Shown here: piece by piece, positions 33,752-39,958 of the stretch
Layout: each line of letters begins with the position of its first letter
Position numbering within the stretch: position 1 is the first letter of the stretch
Origin: a virus
IMG/VR virus record: IMGVR_UViG_3300004881_000001
Location: 1 to 64,000 of that record
DNA length: 64,000 nucleotides
Reading direction: 5' to 3' (one strand)
The notes under the pieces: generated by a model
Database searches by the model: none
Seen by the model: the letters and a program-made list of their open reading frames with translations, nothing else
What the model was told of the DNA's origin: nothing
Position numbers and translations under genes: made by a program

Positions 33752-33835
33752 TTATTTTTGGTTAAACATTTCAGGGTTATTAACGACTAGTTGTACGATG
33801 CACATCCAAATAAATGTTATAATTATTGCTACCAT
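33752..33835 (-). CDS. tiny hydrophobic ORF (27 aa), own call
   Basis: Own translation: MVAIIITFIWMCIVQLVVNNPEMFNQK; its start lies in a duplicated attattgctaccat block. Confidence 0.25.
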   Translation of the reverse strand: MVAIIITFIWMCIVQLVVNNPEMFNQK

Positions 33836-33836
33836 T

Positions 33837-33917
33837 TTATTTGTTTTTATTTTTGGTTACTATACTCATAATAATAGCTACTACTACCATTGTTGTTATA
33901 TATATTATTGCTACCAT
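33837..33917 (-). CDS. tiny hydrophobic ORF (26 aa), own call
   Basis: Own translation: MVAIIYITTMVVVAIIMSIVTKNKNK; same duplicated start block. Confidence 0.25.
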   Translation of the reverse strand: MVAIIYITTMVVVAIIMSIVTKNKNK

Positions 33918-34036
33918 AATATTTGTTTTTAATTGTTAGTCGCATAAAAGTGGTTCGAACACTAAAACGGGCTATCATCCGTTGCCTTCCGTTGGCTATG
34001 CGATATACTTAGTATACGTTGGTTGTTTGTTAAAGG

Positions 34037-34405
34037 TTACAGTTTATCAAAAAACTCTGTGATTTCCTCTCTCCATTCTTCAAAATCTTCTCTACATTTT
34101 TGACTAGCTAACAAAGAGGCTAGTACTTCACTATTAAGATTTTCAGCTGTATACCCCATTTCCTGTGCAATATCTAGACTATCAGTCAACGAAGGGTCAT
34201 GTTCCAATAAATAATCCATAGCTACATGGTAATAAATTATTTCTATATCAAAAGCCCTTGCATCTTCTAAACGTGATTGGATAAGATCAAAAGCGTTATC
34301 ATAATCTTCGATATCTGAGGTAGTTATATAATCTACTAGTGCTAGGTGGGTTGATTCAAACTTTTTTAAAAAGTCGGTAATCTTTTTGTCGTTTGTAGTT
34401 GTCAT
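34037..34405 (-). CDS. strongly acidic early protein (122 aa)
   Basis: ORF track; D/E-rich throughout; second gene of the leftward arm. Confidence 0.6.
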   Translation of the reverse strand: MTTTNDKKITDFLKKFESTHLALVDYITTSDIEDYDNAFDLIQSRLEDARAFDIEIIYYHVAMDYLLEHDPSLTDSLDIAQEMGYTAENLNSEVLASLLASQKCREDFEEWREEITEFFDKL

Positions 34406-34454
34406 AATCTTTGTTGTTGGTTATATTAATTATACGTTATTTATTTGTTAAAGG

Positions 34455-34604
34455 TTACAAAGTTTCGCAATATTCTTTAAGTATTTCATATTGCTGCTGT
34501 GTAATAGCCTTATCTTGCCTCCACATATCAAGAAGTTCATCCTGCATATGACTACAAACTGTCAACATCATCATCTTATCGTATAGTGTGTTATCTTTAA
34601 TCAT
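34455..34604 (-). CDS. small ORF (49 aa), first gene of the leftward arm, own call
   Basis: Own translation: MIKDNTLYDKMMMLTVCSHMQDELLDMWRQDKAITQQQYEILKEYCETL; the ATG is 3 nt after a -7 box. Confidence 0.35.
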   Translation of the reverse strand: MIKDNTLYDKMMMLTVCSHMQDELLDMWRQDKAITQQQYEILKEYCETL

Positions 34605-34607
34605 ACT

Positions 34608-34640
34608 ACAATATACGACTTATCTTTATAACTACCAAAC
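34608..34640 (-). promoter_or_regulatory. class B promoter (copy 5), leftward early promoter
   Basis: Minus strand: TTTG-GTAGTTATAAAGATAAGTCG-TATATTGT-AGT-ATG. Confidence 0.5.
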
Positions 34641-34960
34641 ATTTGAACAACTTTATTTACCATATCCATACCATAAAGTAAATTATACAACCACCAAACA
34701 AATAACAATGTAATACAATTAACCACTTTCCCATTTTCCCCACAAACAAGAGCGAGAGCTGACGCATAAGCCCTCAACATAGCCGATAGATACCACCACC
34801 CCATATACACATACAATACATAAGATGTAATCAAAGGATCATCAAGCTCAACAACCCAACTTCAAATCCCTAATCCCAATTTCCTTTTGCACGGGGGGTA
34901 TGACCCCTCAATAATTAAAAGGGGGGGAGTTGTATAGGTGGTCTCCACTCTCACTTTCTC

Positions 34961-35016
34961 ACAAAAAATTTAAAAATCCCCACTTCCCCAAAAAATTTTA
35001 AAAAAATTAAAAAACG
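34961..35016. repeat. phased A-tracts (bent-DNA signature)
   Basis: A5-7 runs begin at 34963, 34972, 34990, 35000 and 35009 (spacing 9, 18, 10, 9). Confidence 0.6.
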
Positions 35017-35056
35017 TCAATAAATAAAACAACTGGCAATAATTGGATTAAGAGTC

Positions 35057-35120
35057 TGTCCCAACTATACGATATATACGGGACAAAAAATGTCCACTAA
35101 ATCCCATAATAAACTGGACA
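35057..35120. promoter_or_regulatory. four TGTCC/GGACA half-sites (operator- or iteron-like)
   Basis: TGTCCC 35057..35062, GGGACA 35080..35085, TGTCCA 35091..35096, TGGACA 35115..35120, alternating in orientation. Confidence 0.45.
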
Positions 35121-35196
35121 CTCTTCATTCTATAACCTTTACAGTATAACTCTACCAGAATATGCACCTACTAACTAAAATCTTTATAGGTAAATA

Positions 35197-35228
35197 CTTG
35201 CCTACTAGAAAGAAAAGTTGTATATTTG
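35197..35228 (+). promoter_or_regulatory. rightward early promoter
   Basis: CTTG-N20-TATATTTG; the ATG is 3 nt after the -7 box. Confidence 0.55.
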
Positions 35229-35231
35229 TAT

Positions 35232-35432
35232 ATGGAAAAGGATAAACTACTAGCAGAGATAAAGAAGCTCTACAGTGAGAGGTGCAATTACTCTATAGAA
35301 AAAATATATTTAATGGAGACTGCTGACGACCTCTTAGAAAACAAAGATAAGTTAATAGCTCTCTTTAAAAAGGAAGAAGACCTTGGGAGAGAGATTTGTA
35401 AATTACTAAACAATAAACAAGATGGAAAATAA
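35232..35432 (+). CDS. hypothetical protein (66 aa from ATG 35232; the track uses TTG 35226)
   Basis: ORF track; first gene of the rightward arm. Confidence 0.55.
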   Translation: MEKDKLLAEIKKLYSERCNYSIEKIYLMETADDLLENKDKLIALFKKEEDLGREICKLLNNKQDGK

Positions 35433-36441
35433 AAGATTAGAGTTTAATATTAAACAGACTGATTTAGGAGACTGTGGAGCGACTCTCTGCCAGAAATATG
35501 GCGAAACAGATGGAGACTTCTTTGAAAGGTGTATTTCAGAACTTTCATATATGATATTGGAAAACGGTGTAAAGAAGGGAGACCTACCTAGATATACTTT
35601 GGAGGGGATGGCTGTACACGGTCATAAGTGCAATATAGCTGATATAGTACCTCCATTTCCTCCTTTCTATAACTACAACCTTTCTGAAAAGGAGAATAGA
35701 GAAGCAAGAGAAAACCACTACAAACAGTGGGAAAAAAGAAATCCTATTATAGAATCTAAGGAGTTTTTAGTTGAAGGAGTAGAAAAATATTTAAAGTATA
35801 TAGGATTTACAGAGATACCTGAAGGTTTCAATATGAAAAGCCTGATGAACTTTATGGAGGGGTACCACCAACATAAATTAAAAACATGGAGTCCTTTTGA
35901 ACACGAAGATACAGAAAACCCTACTATAGAAGAAATAAGAGACGCTGTACCGAACTACTCAAAAACTATGGAATCTAGTAGGTTCTTATTTAAAGACATA
36001 GGAAACCCCTCAGACGACAGCAACTATACAAACCCTCTAGATTCATGGCGAGAAGTGGGAATGGGAGACCCTGAAGATTCGCAACTAAGTGAAGACTTCA
36101 TAAAAGAAATACGGGGAGCTATAAAAAAGTCACCAAAAACTGCGGGAGAGATTATATCCAATATCCACTTAGAAACTTTAATTGCTGGACAAGAAGGTGT
36201 TTCCACAGAACAAGGTATGACGGGGGAAAGCGGGGGTATAGGAGATGTAGGGTTAAACGAAGGGGAAATACTACAAGCTCTTATTAACGATCTACAAGAT
36301 TTACACAGCGTAGAGTCAGGAGATCTTGGTCCTAAAGATTTAAATATAAACCCTTTAAATGCTAGACTAAAAGAATGTGTACTAGACTTCTTAAAAGAAC
36401 GTATACAAAGTCATATAAAAGCTTTAGGCCTGCAAAAATAA
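35422..36441 (+). CDS. hypothetical acidic protein (339 aa)
   Basis: ORF track; no motif recognised. Confidence 0.65.
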   Translation: MENKRLEFNIKQTDLGDCGATLCQKYGETDGDFFERCISELSYMILENGVKKGDLPRYTLEGMAVHGHKCNIADIVPPFPPFYNYNLSEKENREARENHYKQWEKRNPIIESKEFLVEGVEKYLKYIGFTEIPEGFNMKSLMNFMEGYHQHKLKTWSPFEHEDTENPTIEEIRDAVPNYSKTMESSRFLFKDIGNPSDDSNYTNPLDSWREVGMGDPEDSQLSEDFIKEIRGAIKKSPKTAGEIISNIHLETLIAGQEGVSTEQGMTGESGGIGDVGLNEGEILQALINDLQDLHSVESGDLGPKDLNINPLNARLKECVLDFLKERIQSHIKALGLQK

Positions 36442-36524
36442 GCAGGTTTAAAGCCCTCTATTAAATCTTATAATAGAGAATATTAACCATTCACCTAGGT
36501 ATTTCTGCCTATAGTCGAAAATAA

Positions 36525-36555
36525 TTGCAATTTTCTAAAAAAAGCCTTATATTTG
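36525..36555 (+). promoter_or_regulatory. Bacteroidota-type promoter
   Basis: (A)TTG-N20-TATATTTG, 22 nt upstream of ATG 36578. Confidence 0.5.
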
Positions 36556-36577
36556 TTTTTTAACTAAAACAAAAGGC

Positions 36578-36964
36578 ATGAGACTAAAAACAATTAAAGC
36601 TGCTTTCAATAAATACTTCCTACCTATAATAAATTCCAACAATACTAAGTACCAAGTAAGGATCTCTGACATTGTTAAACCTTTTCCTAGTATAGGAGAA
36701 AAGATTATATTAGAGGAATACAACGATGGTACGAAAAGATATTTAGAAAGATTTGCGGGAGATTCTTTCAATACCGCTAATAATTTTGGCTACATAGAAC
36801 ATGGTTTAGGATCTCATAAATTAATAAGTTTATCAGGAACAGTCTCTCAAGGTCCTTTTCAATACTCTACTCATTCCTATTATACTGACGAAACGTATTT
36901 AGCTTGGTTTTGGAGTGGGGCTAGCGAAAACCCTTATGATTTAGTTGTAGAATACCTCAAATAA
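36578..36964 (+). CDS. hypothetical protein (128 aa)
   Basis: ORF track. Confidence 0.6.
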   Translation: MRLKTIKAAFNKYFLPIINSNNTKYQVRISDIVKPFPSIGEKIILEEYNDGTKRYLERFAGDSFNTANNFGYIEHGLGSHKLISLSGTVSQGPFQYSTHSYYTDETYLAWFWSGASENPYDLVVEYLK

Positions 36965-36993
36965 AAATAAATATAAAAAAATGTGTTAAATAA

Positions 36994-37025
36994 TTTGGAA
37001 TTGTCAAATATTCTTCGTATCTTTA
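36994..37025 (+). promoter_or_regulatory. class A promoter (copy 3)
   Basis: TTTGGAATTGTCA...TATCTTTA, TTTG-N20 spacing; embedded in the 31-nt exact repeat 36976..37006 = 37198..37228. Confidence 0.6.
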
Positions 37026-37030
37026 TATTA

Positions 37031-37105
37031 AGAATTTTTAGTTCCCACCAATCACCAAATACCTCTCAAGACCCTTTAGGATTCCCTAGAGGGTTTTGTT
37101 ATTTT
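37031..37105 (+). ncRNA. candidate small RNA (about 75 nt): promoter directly followed by a terminator, no ATG
   Basis: Predicted start about 6 nt after the -7 box; no ATG anywhere in 37031..37105; ends in a 10-bp stem plus T-run. Confidence 0.35.
37071..37105 (+). terminator. intrinsic terminator
   Basis: ACCCTTTAGG-ATTC-CCTAGAGGGT (10 bp, one G-U pair) followed by TTTGTTATTTT. Confidence 0.6.
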
Positions 37106-37141
37106 AGAGTTATTTTACGCTAATTGTAAAAGCAGGATCTG

Positions 37142-37174
37142 TTTAAAGGATTATTTTACGATTAATCCTTTAAA
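37142..37174. repeat. perfect 12-bp inverted repeat
   Basis: tttaaaggatta-ttttacgat-taatcctttaaa. Confidence 0.7.
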
Positions 37175-37215
37175 TTCTCACCTTAGACTATGTTCTCAAA
37201 AAATGTGTTAAATAA

Positions 37216-37247
37216 TTTGGAATTGTCATTTATTATGATTATCTTTA
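37216..37247 (+). promoter_or_regulatory. class A promoter (copy 4)
   Basis: TTTGGAATTGTCA-N-TATCTTTA with 20-nt spacer; no convincing ORF for about 800 nt downstream. Confidence 0.6.
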
Positions 37248-37547
37248 CTTTATAATTCCTTGTTAGTTCAAGGTTCTCTTCTCATAAGAACAGGGCAGCA
37301 CTTATAACACCTAAAAAAGTTGGACGTTATTTGGATCAGGTACATATGAAATATCAAAACTTTAGAAGATGCGGATGAAGGTTCTAGTTTTGTTCTGAGA
37401 GAAATTCCAGTTGTTTTTTGTGGCTGACACGATTGAAAATCAAAAATTAATAATTTTCCAAAGCTTTTTAAGTTTTGGACGGGCTGGAGAGGAGAGATTT
37501 TCAAATAGGATTGTATGAATTTTACTTAAAGAAGATTTATATAAGTT

Positions 37548-37597
37548 TTGTATAAGGTTGTATAGATTGTATAGTATCTGTAAGCATTTGTAGTGAT
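37548..37597. repeat. five helically phased 10-bp TGTA(T/A)AG-type repeats (iteron-like)
   Basis: ttgtataagg ttgtatagat tgtatagtat ctgtaagcat ttgtagtgat. Confidence 0.55.
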
Positions 37598-37716
37598 TAC
37601 GGGAATTATGTTTAAGATTTGGCTATAAAAGAGATTAAAAAGGCTATGTCTCAGTGGTAGTAAGGGATACAGAAGAAATAGAGTTATAGATTTTTTAGCT
37701 ATTATTTATATAGAAG

Positions 37717-37797
37717 CACCTAACGCGGGTTACCTGCGGGGATATATCGAAGTAAAGCCTCTACGAGAGTACGTAACGGGAATATCCTTCTGAGGTG
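37717..37797 (+). other. GC-enriched segment with nested stems (candidate structured RNA)
   Basis: Outer cacct/aggtg; hairpin cgcggg-tta-cctgcg; ggatat/atatcc enclosing ctct-acg-agag. Folded by eye only. Confidence 0.25.
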
Positions 37798-37801
37798 TTC
37801 A

Positions 37802-37833
37802 TTTGGTAGATAAGGTATTTTTTAGTATATTTG
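37802..37833 (+). promoter_or_regulatory. consensus Bacteroidota promoter
   Basis: TTTG-N20-TATATTTG, followed 3 nt later by ATG of a 7-codon ORF (MSKLKLK). Confidence 0.55.
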
Positions 37834-37878
37834 TGTATGAGCAAGTTAAAATTAAAATAGCGCAAGCTAGAGAAGAAG

Positions 37879-37968
37879 ATGCCTAAGATACTAATCGATA
37901 GCGGCACTAGTGACCTCGTTATTTTTTTGTGTCCAAAAAAACAAAAACCATATAAGGGTTTACTTTAA
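37879..37968 (+). CDS. small ORF (29 aa), own call, doubtful
   Basis: Own translation: MPKILIDSGTSDLVIFLCPKKQKPYKGLL. Confidence 0.2.
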   Translation: MPKILIDSGTSDLVIFLCPKKQKPYKGLL

Positions 37969-38055
37969 ACTAACAAATGAGTGGTATTCAGTAAATAAAG
38001 CCTCTTTTTTGCGAGTGAAGATATTATTGAATGGACTTACGTAAAATAAAAAGAT

Positions 38056-38286
38056 ATGAACAAATTTCAAATAGACACCGATGAAAAGATAATTACGGTA
38101 GAACCGACAACCACCGTAGGAGAGGTACTTAGTTTGCTCCAAAGAAATGACCACACCAAGGATGATTGGCGAGAATATACTATAAAGTACTTCACAGATA
38201 AGTGTAATCTAACCTTTGAACAGTGGATGATAGTTAACTCCCCAACAATATTCCCAGACCCTCTGCATGGAAGTGCTTGGAGGTAA
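38056..38286 (+). CDS. hypothetical protein (76 aa)
   Basis: ORF track. Confidence 0.5.
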   Translation: MNKFQIDTDEKIITVEPTTTVGEVLSLLQRNDHTKDDWREYTIKYFTDKCNLTFEQWMIVNSPTIFPDPLHGSAWR

Positions 38287-38356
38287 AGGTAAATACTAGT
38301 AATTTTCCTTTACCCTGTTTTTTGTTTTATTTAAAATTTATTTGTAACTTTATAGT

Positions 38357-38518
38357 ATGGATACAGCGGAAAAGAAACAAAAAAGGAAATCTAATTTTGA
38401 AATTAGCTTTAATGACAGTCCTGAATACTTTATAGTGAAGAACGCTAAAATGATTATGGAAGACCCTGTGGTTAGATTTATGGTTTTTGACGGGGATGGG
38501 CTTAAAGAAGATATTTGA
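38357..38518 (+). CDS. small ORF (53 aa), own call
   Basis: Own translation: MDTAEKKQKRKSNFEISFNDSPEYFIVKNAKMIMEDPVVRFMVFDGDGLKEDI; fills the gap on the coding strand (the track only lists an antisense ORF here). Confidence 0.35.
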   Translation: MDTAEKKQKRKSNFEISFNDSPEYFIVKNAKMIMEDPVVRFMVFDGDGLKEDI

Positions 38519-38531
38519 TACCCTTTGGTAA

Positions 38532-38789
38532 ATGTATATAGAATTAAAAGATACTATTAAAATGAAGAAGTGGGAAAAATTTAAAAAAAGTAAATTAGGC
38601 ACTACGATATTAATAATTATACATGTAGTAGTGGGACTTCAATTTTTACTAGCTCCCAGCACTGTGTTACCTATAGTTATCAGATTATTAGGATTTTTAT
38701 GGTTTGCGGACGCTATGAATTTATTTGTTTCTTATAAGTTAAGAGAAGAAAAAGAGCGTCTTAGTAATTTAAAAGATAAATTAAAATGA
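38532..38789 (+). CDS. membrane protein (85 aa; possible later start MKKWEKF at 38562)
   Basis: ORF track; two hydrophobic segments. Confidence 0.5.
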   Translation: MYIELKDTIKMKKWEKFKKSKLGTTILIIIHVVVGLQFLLAPSTVLPIVIRLLGFLWFADAMNLFVSYKLREEKERLSNLKDKLK

Positions 38790-38977
38790 AAAAACTTAAC
38801 AAACTTAAAATAGCAGCAATTTTTGCTTCCCTATTTACTTTAGGGGTTGTAGTATCCACTATAAATCAATGGGGAGATAATGAGTACCCTAATCAAAATT
38901 TACATATGGCTATACTGGGGTTAGTACCTTTGGGGGCTACTATAGCACTTATAGCCTTAGCTAGTAAACGTAAATAG
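38786..38977 (+). CDS. membrane protein (63 aa)
   Basis: ORF track; ATGA overlap; two hydrophobic segments. Confidence 0.5.
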   Translation: MKKLNKLKIAAIFASLFTLGVVVSTINQWGDNEYPNQNLHMAILGLVPLGATIALIALASKRK

Positions 38978-39322
38978 ATGGTACTTTACGTTATAATAAT
39001 AATAATAGCAGCTATAGCTAACTCTATAATGGATTTAAGCTCTGAGGATAGGTTTAAAAAGCCTTGGTGGAATAAAAACGAGTCTTGGAGAAATAAATGG
39101 AGCTATAGAGAGGACGGTAGTAGGAAGGAAAAGTTTCCACTATCTTCTACTGTGTTAGTATTTCTTACCGATGGGTGGCATCTAAGCCAATTCATCTTCC
39201 ATTCTTGTTGGCAACTTGTAATTGCCTTAATCTTACCTTACTCTACTATTATATCTTTTTTAGTAGTCAAAACACTTTTTTCTTTAATCTTCGAAGCCGC
39301 CTATAGAGGGCTTAAGAAGTAA
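38978..39322 (+). CDS. membrane protein (114 aa)
   Basis: ORF track; hydrophobic N-terminus and C-terminal half. Confidence 0.55.
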   Translation: MVLYVIIIIIAAIANSIMDLSSEDRFKKPWWNKNESWRNKWSYREDGSRKEKFPLSSTVLVFLTDGWHLSQFIFHSCWQLVIALILPYSTIISFLVVKTLFSLIFEAAYRGLKK

Positions 39323-39347
39323 TTAGCTTGATTTTTTTAAACAAAAG

Positions 39348-39379
39348 CTTGGTAATAACAAAAATTTTTACTATCTTTG
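39348..39379 (+). promoter_or_regulatory. Bacteroidota-type promoter
   Basis: CTTG-N20-TATCTTTG, 8 nt upstream of ATG 39388. Confidence 0.5.
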
Positions 39380-39387
39380 ATATATAG

Positions 39388-39762
39388 ATGGAGGTAAAGA
39401 GACTTACTATACAAACAACAGAGAAGAAATTCTTTCTAGAGCTACTGAGGTTACTACAACCCATGACGGGCATCAAAGGAAGACCTTTGAAGGTGTTTGC
39501 GGAGTTACTTTACGAGGCTTATCTAAGAAAGCATATAGTTGATACCAAAGACAGATTTAAATTAGTCTTCGACTACGATACTGGTATAAAGATCCAGAAT
39601 AGTCTTAATATATCTTCTACAGCTTATAGATGTGCTTTAACTCAATTGAGAAAACTAGGGGCTATTAAGGAGGGTAATACGATTCCTTCTTATTTTTTAC
39701 AGGACCCTACTCAAAACATCTCAATACAATTTGATTTTGTATTAAAGAGGGAAGAAAGTTAA
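39388..39762 (+). CDS. hypothetical protein, possible winged-helix DNA binder (124 aa)
   Basis: ORF track; SSTAYRCALTQLRKLGAIKEG is reminiscent of a wHTH recognition helix (weak). Confidence 0.55.
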   Translation: MEVKRLTIQTTEKKFFLELLRLLQPMTGIKGRPLKVFAELLYEAYLRKHIVDTKDRFKLVFDYDTGIKIQNSLNISSTAYRCALTQLRKLGAIKEGNTIPSYFLQDPTQNISIQFDFVLKREES

Positions 39763-39772
39763 CTATACAGTT

Positions 39773-39958
39773 ATGAACAAGGGAGAGGATCAGGAGTACG
39801 ACTTTATTTACGATGAGGGCTTTATGTTGGAAGGGATTAGCGAAGAAGAATTAAAGGCAGCTAAAAAAGCAGCAAATGAAGACATGCGGAAAGAAAACAG
39901 CGGTACTAACATTCCTATCTCTAGACCTTCTTCTACAGGAACACCTAAGGATAAGTAA
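39773..39958 (+). CDS. hypothetical protein (61 aa)
   Basis: ORF track. Confidence 0.5.
   Translation: MNKGEDQEYDFIYDEGFMLEGISEEELKAAKKAANEDMRKENSGTNIPISRPSSTGTPKDK

Noticed and set aside
2882-33932. Plus-strand track ORFs inside the leftward arm: 2882..3064, 4183..4524, 6263..6517, 8852..9043, 10487..10687, 11645..11869, 12189..12497, 13336..13662, 18651..18833, 20887..21174, 20957..21148, 23252..23446, 27998..28207, 32472..32723, 33474..33674, 33675..33932.
   Set aside because: - Each lies antisense to, and mostly inside, a longer co-oriented minus-strand gene, or spans repeat elements.
- The products are low-complexity, with L/S/F/I-rich composition typical of antisense frames in AT-rich DNA.
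- No promoter-like motif precedes them.
33950-33960. gtggttcgaac, resembling a tRNA T-arm (GGTTCGAA).
   Set aside because: - Only a 3-4 bp stem is possible.
- No acceptor, D or anticodon arms can be drawn in the surrounding 90 nt.
34601-34834. 77-aa minus-strand ORF (MITSYVLYVYMGWWYL...) in the divergent control region.
   Set aside because: - The track start is a TTG.
- The W/V/L/G/Y-rich product is what the G+T-rich complement of the A+C-rich plus strand yields in any frame.
- The class B promoter for the next gene lies inside its 3' end.
- It stays possible at low probability, because its TGA overlaps the next ATG (ATGA).
37651-37660. tRNA-like D-loop string tcagtggtag, which raised the possibility of a tRNA gene in the non-coding locus.
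   Set aside because: - Flanking sequence gives no acceptor stem, no anticodon arm pairing and no GTTCRA T-loop at the right distances on either strand.
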